64,000 nt of DNA from Cyanidioschyzon merolae (Eukaryota), in NCBI GenBank assembly GCA_000091205.1, contig AP006497.2. One strand, given 5' to 3'. The translations under genes were made by a program, and so were the position numbers. A model generated the notes under the pieces. It made no database searches, was not told where the DNA came from, and was given only the letters and a program-made list of their open reading frames with translations. The number at the start of each line of letters is the position of its first letter. The stretch's first letter is position 1. Of the stretch, positions 54,601 through 64,000 are shown piece by piece.

Positions 54601-56412
54601 TATTCAAGGATCGTTGATCGACAGACAAAAGACCGCCGTGCTGGTTATTCTCAAGACGTTCAGGTACAACAATAGAGACGTCAGAAAGAAACCGAAAGTG
54701 TCTTCTTCCTGGGCCCCACTCGATAAAGTTTGAGTCTCTTTCTACTGCTTTCGACAAACCAGCCTTTTTGCAAGCGTTCTCTGTGACCGCTTTCACTTCC
54801 AGTGTCTCTCATCTCGGGACTGGCATCCGTCGGTGTCTCTGTTCCTTCAAGCACTGTTGTCAGCACTCGGACGATAAGGGTAGCTACGTCCGAAAGCCGA
54901 ATTGGCCGCTTCCTGCTGTTGCCAACGCTTTTCATCTACAGACGATCATTCTATGTACGCTTTGCTCACCAGGTCCATCTCCTTCGTTTCAGCTTTATTG
55001 GGGCCTTTGCATGTGCGGCAGTAGACTCTGAACAGGTGCTTCCGCACGGCCATCACCCTTTCTCCCACGATCGCCGCGCTGAGGGCCATGAGGACGTTCT
55101 TCACCTCTGAGCACATGCCGATGACGGGCACAGAAGCTCCCCTTCGGTACTCTACGCTGTTTCGGCGCCCGATGCCGAGTCTTGCAAACAGAGGCTTCCT
55201 CTGGCCCTGCACCTCGGCTGGAGCTCTGCGCGCTGTACAAGCAAGCATATTCTGTCCCATTCGATAGACTATTCGTGGACTGCGATGTTCTCCGTGATGA
55301 AAGAACTACCAGAAAGAATATAGAATTAGAGAACCGGCAGAAAAATTCCGGTTTAGCTCTTCTCTCGTCGGGCAGAACCGTGACCGGCGCGGGAGTGGGA
55401 GCGATCACGGCGGTGACAAAGTTTCTAATCCATGACCCTCATCGGTGCTAACTGAAGGTACGGAGCTCCGGGGAGCATACCCACTGAGCGGTTTCAGGCT
55501 GCTATCGAATCTTTTTTCGTCGTTGACAACAATGAGAGGAATCTGGTGTCGTTCGAGCGAGATCGATTCTTTAAGGTAACAAGTACATGGACCGTTCCGC
55601 ATGAACTTGTGAGCAAGTCATCTGGCGACGACGTCGAGAATCTCACCTTGTCAATACATCGGCACGAGTTGCTGCGTCTACAATTCTTGTTGACACAACG
55701 ATACCGGAAAACCGGAATGATGTATGATTTCGCGATTGCTTCATGCGATGGAAGGAGACGAACGGAGATTTCCACATACAAAATGGATAATGGCTTCAGT
55801 CAAGTTACCGACCATGGTTCTAGGAGGTCGCGAAACATCCTAACTCTGGTGAAGTAACGAATTCTAGCAGCAAAGCGTCCCCGCTATCCGTCCGATGAAA
55901 CGATCGAGAATCCGAAAACGATCGAAATAAAAACGAAAGCCCTTACTGATGCGCTTTGAGTACCCCAAGGCTGAATACCTACAAAAACATGCAAGAATGA
56001 AATCTACGAAAAACGCGAGTACTTTTGCTTTCGCTTTGAATCCTTCATAGGTGGAAAGTTGATGGCTTCGTAGTACGCAGCATCGCTTTCGTGCAAAAGC
56101 GCTTTACAGAGAGGGTATGTGGAGCACGGCTAGGCGGCCGTCTCCCAGCGCTCAACCTCGACATGTCCATATTGTCCAGCCACGATTTTGGCCAGCAACG
56201 CTTTCGCGGTTGTGTGGAGTAGCAGCAGCTCACGATTTCTGTTAGAGCAGTCGGGGCCGATCTTTGTTGACCACGAGGTCTCCACTGTTTCATAGTCAGT
56301 AGTGCTAAACAAATTATCAGAGGTTGCTGAATACAGGAAGAACGTAGGGAACGATCGTACCGGTTCTGGTGAAAGCACTACGTGCGAGCCTTTCCCCGCG
56401 AACACGCTCTGA

Positions 56413-59400
56413 ATGGCGGGTTCGACGCTTCCGGGTAGCTCACCTGGGGACGAATCAGTTCGGGAAACGTCCACTCCAGAGCCACCCGCGACTGATGGAA
56501 ACAGTAACATGGACGGAGAGGGATCTGTATCCGAAATAACGGCGATGAGGAGCAGAACTTCTGTCTCGAACGACGCACTTGTGCTGGAACGGAACAGTGA
56601 GCAGCGTGTAGACCAAGACACTTGGGTGCGTAGCCGGGAGCCTGCAGCCAGCGCTCGCGAGCTATCTCCTGATCTTGGGCCCATGCAACCGGGTGCATCG
56701 CCTGAAACAGCTGCGGAAAGCGATAGTGAAGAGGCGTCGGGGTGTGCGTCGCCTGCGCTTGCCTCTGGATCAAGTGCCGACTCGCCGCACTCGCCGCAGT
56801 TTCCTGTTCAAAGCGCTGAAAACGATAACCCGACTTTAAAAGAGATGCAAAAGGCGAGCCCCGCCTCGATCGCGGAGTCAGGTACCCAGGAAAGCTTTCC
56901 AGGAGAGAGAGACTCACCTGTTCCAGTACACTCGCTGGCCTCGACCCTGGAGGAAATAGGCAAGCCGGTGGCAGCGGAGCGCAAAAACTCTGCAAATGAG
57001 AACGCAATCGTGCCAACTGAGCCGGAGATGCACGCCCAGGTGCTTTCCAGGCGTGCTGATGGACACGAATACGTCGACGAAGACGAGACAGCGTCAACTG
57101 GGCCCTCGCCTACGGTGACGACAACACCGACGGCTCACAAACACGCTGGCTTGCTGACTAGTCGCCCTGGGCAGAAGAGTGCGGAAGCAGCTCGTCTTCT
57201 CGCGCTCCGCGGCCTACGCCGCATTGTGGAAACCTGCACTTCTCGAAAGTACGCGGAAACGGTCGCCAGTTGTCGACGAGCGATCGAGAAACTGGAAGTG
57301 GGCACGGAGCCTGACGTTCCTGAGGTGCTTGAAGCCATCAAGAAAGCAATTTATTGCGGCAAAATTGTCGCTGCAGATATTGCCCTTGATACACTGCATC
57401 GATTGCTCACCTATGGCTACGTTGATCCGTTGCGAGGTGCTGATCTTGACGCCGAGCAATTTGAGAATCTGATTGAATGCGCCTGCTCCTGTATTGACAC
57501 GAAGGATGAAGGGGTGTATATCCGTCTGACGCAGGTTTTACTTGCTTCAGCTACGAGTACCGTTTACGGCTTACATCAGACAGTATTACTTGCGGCAGTG
57601 CGCACCCTCTACAACATCTACTTGTCGAGCAAATCGAGTGCGACGCAGACGACGGCCCGCGCTGCAATCATCCAGATTGTGAGCCTTGTATTCGGTGCAC
57701 TCCAGGGCGTTCCGGTATCCACTGAATCGATGCTTTCGACGGGTTCACTGGAGCCAACGGCTATGCTAGCCGGAACCTTGTTGGTGCACCGCAAATATCG
57801 GCAGCGAGAGGCAGCTTCCGGTGCGGGCGACGACCCGGAAGCGGTTTCGCAATCGTCGATTGTCGTGCCGGGGCAGGCAACCGCCGCATCCAAAGGCGTC
57901 CTCGATCTCGAACCTGTTGAGCAGTGTCGAAAGGATGCATATTTGCTCTTCCGAGCTCTGTGTAAGCTGGCTTCGAAGCAAAGCACAGAAAACAGCAGCC
58001 TACCGACCGAGTCGATACCCATCCGATCCCGTCTATTGGCGTTGCAGCTCATACGCGATATCACTGAGACTTGCGGGGCGGCACTGCTTCAGCACGAACG
58101 CTTCGTGTTTGCGCTGCGTGAGTACCTCGTACCGACCGTTCTTCAGAACTGTATGATCCCGAATCCGCAAGTCCTTGACGTTGCCTTGCAGCTTTTCGAG
58201 CGAATGCTGCAGCTCTACAGAGCCGCCCTCAAACTCGAGATTGCCGCTCTCTTCCATGCGGTCGTGTTTCGCTTTCTGGAGAGTTTGACGGTCGCTCCGT
58301 GGCAGCGACTCCGCATCTACCAGACCGTCGAATGCGTTGTCCGTGATCAGCAGCTGCTCATGGATCTCTTTGTGAACTACGATTGTGACGTGAGCTCGCC
58401 CAAGATCTTCGAACGTCTTGTCGATGATCTCAGTCGCCTTGCGATCGCCGCCTTGCAGAGCGGAGGTCCGCGCAAGCTCTCTGCTGCGGACCGGAAGCGC
58501 TGCCTGGAGCTCCTGGCTACCATGCTGCACTCGCTGAAAGAGTGGAGTCAGCCACTGGTCGATGCACGTCGGCAACTTGGAATCGACGACGAAGACGTGT
58601 TTCAGGTGCTCGCAACTCCGTCCGCGCCTGTCGACGAGCGGAACGCTGCCGATGGCGTTCCTTCGTCGTCGTCGTCGTCGTCGTCGTCGTCTTTGGGGCA
58701 GCACTCCAGCGCCACAGAGGTGGGCTCTGGTCTTTCGGCTGTTAAGCCGGTCGGCACCTCGAACGGTTCGGCTGCACCGCTCGCTGAGCGCTCTCTTATC
58801 GAGTCGCTACGGCGAAAACGCGAACTGCAAGAAGTGGCCGAAACCTTTAACAGGGACGCTGTAGAGGGCGTGCGGCTCGCCGCCAGCAAGGGCCTCGTGG
58901 ATGCCGCAGACTCCTCCAGCGTAGCTGGGTTTCTGCGGAACTACGCCGGGCTCGATCGTCGGCAAGTTGGCGAGTACCTGGGCGGTGCAGATCCTTTCCA
59001 AGTGAAAGTTATGCATGCTTTTACGGATATGGTAGATTTTAGTAACATGCGTATCGACGTGGCGCTACGGAAGCACCTTTCCGCGTTTGTACTGCCGGGG
59101 GAGGCCCAGAAAATCGATCGCATTGCAGAAAAGTTCGCCCAGCGGTATTGCGCCTGCAATCCTACGCTTTTTGCCAGTGCGGATACGGCGTACATCCTTG
59201 CGTATTCCATCATTATGTTGAACACGGATTTGCACAATCCACATATTCGTCGCAAAATGTCGCTAGAGGATTTTATCAGGAACAATCGGGGTATTAACGA
59301 TGGCGCGGATCTGCCTCGAGAGCTTCTCACCGATATCTATCGAAGCATTCAGGCGGAAGAGTTGCGTCTTCTGGACTCGATGACGGGATCCTGGGGTGTG

Positions 59401-62400
59401 AACGATTTTCGGTACCCGGCAGCTATCCAGTCTGGTGAACAGCAGCGTGCAACGCTCTTTAAAGAGGAGAGCGAGCGACTGCTAACGCAGACGCGTGAGC
59501 TTTTTGCGCAGCGACGCCACATACAGTCGTTGCCGCCGTCTGGTAGAGCGGCTTCGCCAGAGCGCTCGAGTCGTGCGGAACAGTCTCAACCAGGAGCCAG
59601 AGCAGATGCGGGATTGAGGGCGACTGGCAATCCTTTGGACGCCCAAGTACCTGTCACCGAAGTCTACTACACAGCAAACAACGTGGGTCATGTGCGTTTG
59701 ATGCTCGAGGTCAGTTGGCAACCCATCCTTGCCGGGCTCTCGCAGATCCTGGAGAACACCCCAGACACCGACCGAGAGCTCCTGGCGCTATGCATCGATG
59801 GATTCTCGGTTGCGGTCCAAATCGCTTCACTTTTTGAGATGGGCACTGAACGGCAAGCCTTGGCATCGGCGCTTGCCAAGTTTACCAAATTGCACGCTCT
59901 ACCAGATATCCGTCTCAAGAACGTTGACTGTATCCGAATCCTCCTGAAAATCGCACTTGAGGATGGCGATACGCTCGGTGAGACCTGGGTGGATGTGCTG
60001 CGCGCCGTCTCCCTGCTGCAGCAGTATCGAGCGGTACTCTGGCCGGGCACTCGAGACGGCACGTCACTGCCGGTATCGCCCGGGGGGCGCACACCTACTG
60101 CCAATGAAAGCGATGTTCAGGGTCGCAACAGCGAAGCTGCAGTGGACGCGCTGGATGCTCTTGCCGCGCTCCAGCACGTCGAGGCGGATTACGACGAGGC
60201 TTCTGGTCTCAGGTCGCGCCCCGGTGAGTCGCTTCCTCGCCGTACTACGGCCGAGGCGCCGAACTCCCCGGTACCGCTCATTCCGGCCGCTGTTCGGGAG
60301 CAACTAGTGCACGTGCTCCAGAGTCCCGACTTGGATCGTCTGTTCATGCAGACGACCTCGTTGAGCGCCGCAGCTATGTTGGATTTTATGGAAGCGCTTT
60401 GCCTAGTTGCCGCTGAGGAGCTCGATGTCTCGCCCGCACCGCGTTTCTTCTGTCTAAGGCAGATGGTACGCGTTGCTCATCTCAATATGGATCGCATCAG
60501 ACTGGAATGGTCGCGAATTTGGAAGCATATCGCCAACTTTTTGGAATACTGCTTGCAGCGAAAACAGCGACCTGTAGTCGGCATCAGAGCGCTCGATGCC
60601 CTGCGCGATATGGCTCGCAAATTTCTCGAGAAAGAGGAGCTGAGCAATTTCAACTTTCAGCGAGAAGTGCTACAGCCGCTGGAGCGCTGCTTTGAGCTCG
60701 ACGTGAGCGAAATGCTAAAGCTCCGCACCCTCTCCGTCGGTGAAGTGCTGGTGCGGGAGCACGCCACCCGCATGCGCTCTGGATGGAAGTGCATCTTTAC
60801 TGTGCTGCAGCGGGCGGCAGAGGAGCGTTCTGAAAAGGTTGTGGAGCGTGCCTTTTCTCTTTTGGATTTTATTGTGCGCACCTATTTCGGGGAGATTCCC
60901 GAAGTCTTTGTCGACGGGATTCATACGCTTGCCGTCTTTGCTGTGAATCGAGTATCCACGACTTGTGCGACGCAGGCCGTAGAGCACATAGGTGTGCGAG
61001 CGCCCGTCATGGTTGCCGAGCAACGAACTGGCGTCACTGGTGGACCCGCTGGCGACGACGGTAGCTTGTGGTTTCCGATCCTCACCGCTTTGGCGAACGT
61101 GTGCACAGATGGCCGTGAAGTGCTTCGTGCTTACGCCGTAGAACTGCTTTTTCGTTCGCTGTTAGAGTATGGCGGTGGTTTTTCGGGCGAGTTTTGGGTG
61201 CTCGTGTTCCGCGGCGTTCTTGCCCCGATTTTCGATGATCTGCATCATATGCCGGGTGGGGATCGCTTCGAGGAGCCACCAGCAGCTGAGACGGCCTCGG
61301 GTCAGAGCTGGGCTCAAACGACGGGTGCAGGCGCACTTCACGGCCTTTTGATGGTGTTCGAAGCGCACCATGTGCATATGAAGTCGCTCTTCACAGACAT
61401 GCTAGAGATCTTGCGTATTTGGATCTGTCAGGAGAACGAGGCAATCTGTCGCGAGGGCATGCGCTGTTTGCAGCGATTCGTTGACCAAGCTGCTGCCTGG
61501 ATGGAAGCAGCTGATTGGGATCTGGTGGTGAACTTTATCGACGATCTTGTCAGAATGATGCTGCCTGTTGATATCAGTCGCGAGGGGAGTCTCGTCCAAG
61601 ATGTTGTGGCGGGTGCGGAGCCGAAGCCCACGGGGTCGCCACGCCAAGCTGCCGTGCCTTCTACCCTGGAGCGCATCGCAGTTGCCGCAGACTCGGTGCC
61701 AGCACCCGTGCTTGAGCCAGCGCTAGAGCAGGACGCACCGCCCGGATATGCAAACGAGACCAGTGGTGCCCCGGGCGCTGCTGTGCGGCTGAGCAGAGAG
61801 TCCGTTCAATCGCCAACGGCATCTTTGCCGGGGATAGAATCAGCAACAACAGCATCAGCACCTGCGCCTGTTACCGCTAGTTCAACTCGCGTTGATATCC
61901 ATGCGGATGGTGATAGCGGGCTCCTGACTAGCATGTCGCCGGGCCAAGCCGCAGACCTCAAGGATACCGTCTCGACTGAACGACGGACATCTGGGCAGCG
62001 CTCAGCGACTCGAGGCGTTAGCGAACGGCGTCAGGCGGCTTTCGTTGCGATCCGTTGCAAATGTGTTGTGCAGCTGCTCTTGATTGAACTTGTTCGGGAT
62101 CTGGTATCGGAGCATTATCCGCGACTCGAGGCGGTACAAGTTCTGGCGCTGGGCAAGGCCGTCCACTGCTCTTTTCGATTCGCACATCGTTTCAATGCGG
62201 ATCTTGCGCTACGCTTTGACCTATGGCGGGCGGGTTTTATGTCGCAGGTTCCGAATCTGTTCAGACAGGACACAATTGGGCGAATGGTGTATTTGCAAAT
62301 CCTCTTCAGGCTGGTAGTTGACCAGCGGGCGGCATATGCAACGCAGGCGCTGGAGCCGTTGCTTGAGCTATCTGCCGAGACCTTTGCGCACTACAATCGC

Positions 62401-62724
62401 AAAGCGTCCGCAAGATATGCAGGGCTAAGCGGAGACGCGCGCAACACAGCTGTTGGTGTGACCTCTACAACGGAGACGACGGCAACCCCGTCGGTGGAGG
62501 AACAGCGCGAGTTGCAAGCGTTCGCTCCGGTTGTCGCATTTGTTTTGGAGAATATCGCTGCTGCTCCGGATGCCGTATTTGATTACCTCGTGCGCGGTCT
62601 TTTCAAGGAGCTCGCTGATCTGATTCGTACTGCCGGGGAGCCTGCTGATGTTCGCGTTGCGCTGGCGAGCATCTTCCATCGCCTGGGAAGCGTCTGGCTG
62701 GACAAGTCTTGCGCGCTTTCCTGA
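56413..62724 (+). CDS. large ARF guanine-nucleotide exchange factor of the BIG/GBF (Sec7) family
   Basis: ATG start. Sec7 domain: FNRDAVEGVRLAASKGLVD...LGGADPFQVKVMHAFTDMVDFSNMRIDVALRKHLSAFVLPGEAQKIDRIAEKFAQRYCACNP...ILAYSIIMLNTDLHNPHIRRKMSLEDFIRNNRGINDGADLP. 2103 aa with a DCB/HUS-like N-terminal region after a ~250-aa Ser/Pro/Glu-rich extension; the true start could be a later in-frame Met. (GTC/TCG)n encodes S11. Confidence 0.9.
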   Translation: MAGSTLPGSSPGDESVRETSTPEPPATDGNSNMDGEGSVSEITAMRSRTSVSNDALVLERNSEQRVDQDTWVRSREPAASARELSPDLGPMQPGASPETAAESDSEEASGCASPALASGSSADSPHSPQFPVQSAENDNPTLKEMQKASPASIAESGTQESFPGERDSPVPVHSLASTLEEIGKPVAAERKNSANENAIVPTEPEMHAQVLSRRADGHEYVDEDETASTGPSPTVTTTPTAHKHAGLLTSRPGQKSAEAARLLALRGLRRIVETCTSRKYAETVASCRRAIEKLEVGTEPDVPEVLEAIKKAIYCGKIVAADIALDTLHRLLTYGYVDPLRGADLDAEQFENLIECACSCIDTKDEGVYIRLTQVLLASATSTVYGLHQTVLLAAVRTLYNIYLSSKSSATQTTARAAIIQIVSLVFGALQGVPVSTESMLSTGSLEPTAMLAGTLLVHRKYRQREAASGAGDDPEAVSQSSIVVPGQATAASKGVLDLEPVEQCRKDAYLLFRALCKLASKQSTENSSLPTESIPIRSRLLALQLIRDITETCGAALLQHERFVFALREYLVPTVLQNCMIPNPQVLDVALQLFERMLQLYRAALKLEIAALFHAVVFRFLESLTVAPWQRLRIYQTVECVVRDQQLLMDLFVNYDCDVSSPKIFERLVDDLSRLAIAALQSGGPRKLSAADRKRCLELLATMLHSLKEWSQPLVDARRQLGIDDEDVFQVLATPSAPVDERNAADGVPSSSSSSSSSSLGQHSSATEVGSGLSAVKPVGTSNGSAAPLAERSLIESLRRKRELQEVAETFNRDAVEGVRLAASKGLVDAADSSSVAGFLRNYAGLDRRQVGEYLGGADPFQVKVMHAFTDMVDFSNMRIDVALRKHLSAFVLPGEAQKIDRIAEKFAQRYCACNPTLFASADTAYILAYSIIMLNTDLHNPHIRRKMSLEDFIRNNRGINDGADLPRELLTDIYRSIQAEELRLLDSMTGSWGVNDFRYPAAIQSGEQQRATLFKEESERLLTQTRELFAQRRHIQSLPPSGRAASPERSSRAEQSQPGARADAGLRATGNPLDAQVPVTEVYYTANNVGHVRLMLEVSWQPILAGLSQILENTPDTDRELLALCIDGFSVAVQIASLFEMGTERQALASALAKFTKLHALPDIRLKNVDCIRILLKIALEDGDTLGETWVDVLRAVSLLQQYRAVLWPGTRDGTSLPVSPGGRTPTANESDVQGRNSEAAVDALDALAALQHVEADYDEASGLRSRPGESLPRRTTAEAPNSPVPLIPAAVREQLVHVLQSPDLDRLFMQTTSLSAAAMLDFMEALCLVAAEELDVSPAPRFFCLRQMVRVAHLNMDRIRLEWSRIWKHIANFLEYCLQRKQRPVVGIRALDALRDMARKFLEKEELSNFNFQREVLQPLERCFELDVSEMLKLRTLSVGEVLVREHATRMRSGWKCIFTVLQRAAEERSEKVVERAFSLLDFIVRTYFGEIPEVFVDGIHTLAVFAVNRVSTTCATQAVEHIGVRAPVMVAEQRTGVTGGPAGDDGSLWFPILTALANVCTDGREVLRAYAVELLFRSLLEYGGGFSGEFWVLVFRGVLAPIFDDLHHMPGGDRFEEPPAAETASGQSWAQTTGAGALHGLLMVFEAHHVHMKSLFTDMLEILRIWICQENEAICREGMRCLQRFVDQAAAWMEAADWDLVVNFIDDLVRMMLPVDISREGSLVQDVVAGAEPKPTGSPRQAAVPSTLERIAVAADSVPAPVLEPALEQDAPPGYANETSGAPGAAVRLSRESVQSPTASLPGIESATTASAPAPVTASSTRVDIHADGDSGLLTSMSPGQAADLKDTVSTERRTSGQRSATRGVSERRQAAFVAIRCKCVVQLLLIELVRDLVSEHYPRLEAVQVLALGKAVHCSFRFAHRFNADLALRFDLWRAGFMSQVPNLFRQDTIGRMVYLQILFRLVVDQRAAYATQALEPLLELSAETFAHYNRKASARYAGLSGDARNTAVGVTSTTETTATPSVEEQRELQAFAPVVAFVLENIAAAPDAVFDYLVRGLFKELADLIRTAGEPADVRVALASIFHRLGSVWLDKSCALS

Positions 62725-63739
62725 GATTCGGCCATATTTACGACGAGACATCCTATGGTGAGCGTTGTAGACATTACGCTCGACTTGATAGCGAATGCCC
62801 GACATGAACTGCGATATCGCGCACCGCTCATATACGGAGTTGGAGAGGGCGCAGTGCCCTGCTCCGGAAAGCGCTGTAAACTTCAATGGAGCCGGGGTGT
62901 GTGTGTATGTGTGTAATGTCACGCTACGATGAATGGATGGAATCGTCTGCGTCTGGTGCCGTGCAACTGCTGCAGTCGATGGAGCATGGCGCTTTTCCAC
63001 GTTGCGCATTGTTTGACATCCGAGCCAGCTCGTCGCTGGGCTTGAACGACCCCAGGCCGGGGCAGTGCCGGGGGAGCGCTTCGTCGCGGAGGCTATCGCT
63101 CTGGGTCTTCTAGTTTCTGTGGCATGCCTCGTGATGGCGCGGCTTGGTGCACTGTGGTGCTCTCTTTGTGAGCTGTTCTTCTTTTTCTGAGCCTACTCTG
63201 GGCAGAGCGGTTGTGTGGTTGAAGTGAAAGGTATCGCAGATTGTAAAGTGAGGTATTGTATCGGGTGCAGGATGCACTGATGCTGTCCCAGGTAAAGACT
63301 GCATCACTGCTTCACAAGAAGGAGCATATGCAGATGGAAATCTCGCGGCTTGTATTCCAGCCTAGGCATTTTCTTCCTGTAATTTTCACATCATGAGCAA
63401 CATTGCGTGCCACAACATCCTCTAGCGAATGGAACGGTATGCATTGGATTGTGCAGCCGACAAAGTCCTTGCTGGGGCATCATCCAGAAGAAGCTGGTGA
63501 TCATAGGGTCATGCACCAGGGCGCCGGAACCGAGGGCGGCACGGAATGCAGCCCCTCGTATACGCTAAGTGCATATACCGAGCGATGAAACATGTTTCGA
63601 TGCTCCACAGCACGACTCTCGGGGGATAAGATGATTTAGTGCACGTATAGGCACAACTGACAACTGCCATTTGTCCTGCTGCGAGGCGTTCATCGAGGCA
63701 GTATACCAAGAACATTGAATTGACAATCGAAGCGTGGGT

Positions 63740-63850
63740 CGAAACTATCTTGTGTGCAGCATTTACGTCAACGACAGCTGGAAGCGGCTGCACGGAAAGC
63801 TCAGCGCTGCCATCCACACGCTTCGACTGCTGACAACAGGGCAAGAGGTA
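63740..63850. repeat. dispersed repeat family 2, copy Y
   Basis: Aligns to 21815-21930; shared core cgcttcgactgctgacaacagggc. Confidence 0.5.
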
Positions 63851-64000
63851 ACGAAGAGACCAGGATATTCCAGTCCGGAGAGAAGCGTGTGGAATTGAAA
63901 GCACTTGCAGCGAATCCCGCAAAAGCCGCTGTTGATGGTGATGGCAAGAGATTCGAACCTAAGACCGTACATTGGATAAGGTTATATGGACTCAATCCGT

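Noticed and set aside
54946-55260. Superficial resemblance of ...GASVPVIGMCSEV... to the L7Ae/SNU13 ..GVSRPVIACSV.. block
   Set aside because: The position within the ORF and surrounding sequence do not fit the L7Ae fold order, so there is no reliable identification. Only the GC3 bias is retained as an observation.
56378-57097. 239-aa minus-strand ORF overlapping the 5' end of the Sec7 gene; similar antisense ORFs at 62425..63009, 48527..48967 and 45017..45460
   Set aside because: These are antisense to strongly supported genes and most likely spurious.
1-64000. tRNA, 5S rRNA and U6 snRNA genes
   Set aside because: I scanned for T-loop consensus (GGTTCGANTCC variants), 5S and U6 signature strings and found no convincing match. 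Matches inside CDSs (e.g. ggttcgagcct in the photolyase gene) were discarded.
1-64000. Prokaryotic-style defence/operon systems
   Set aside because: Gene content, gene sizes, low-complexity coding repeats and spacing indicate a eukaryotic nuclear locus, so that framing does not apply.

Overview
This window reads as eukaryotic nuclear DNA from a GC-rich (~57-58%), apparently intron-poor genome. The evidence is the run of long uninterrupted ORFs (up to 2103 aa) encoding typical eukaryotic proteins: a BIG-type Sec7 ARF-GEF, a MYSM1-like SANT+MPN deubiquitinase, a Josephin/ataxin-3-like DUB, an FA2H with cytochrome b5 fusion, an animal-type cryptochrome/6-4 photolyase, a Cys-form SelO and a Ski2-like helicase. 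Coding trinucleotide runs (poly-D, poly-G, poly-T, poly-S, poly-Q) are common. The style resembles oomycete/labyrinthulomycete genomes but I cannot assign a taxon from sequence alone. No prokaryotic features (operons, CRISPR, defence islands) are present.

I support about 14 protein-coding genes. They are separated by 1-8 kb intergenic tracts that carry at least five minisatellite arrays with 77-130 bp units, four of them within ~200 bp upstream of gene start codons. There are also two families of short dispersed repeats, several microsatellites including (CAG)21, (CA)n and (CG)10, and a 7.7-kb gene-poor tract.

The supplied ORF track begins many ORFs at non-ATG codons (TTG/GTG). Where possible I moved starts to the first plausible in-frame ATG, so start coordinates are less certain than stops.

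The most interesting observation is a 10-kb neighbourhood of three consecutive genes: a TPP-dependent ALS/HACL-family enzyme (unusually fused to an EF-hand and a ~400-aa unknown domain), an ALDH3-family (fatty) aldehyde dehydrogenase and a fatty-acid 2-hydroxylase. These map onto consecutive steps of 2-hydroxy-fatty-acid alpha-oxidation / phytosphingosine catabolism, which makes this a candidate eukaryotic metabolic gene cluster.

A small Sm-like gene overlaps the 3' end of the convergent CtpA-type peptidase gene. I found no tRNA, rRNA or snRNA genes by eye.
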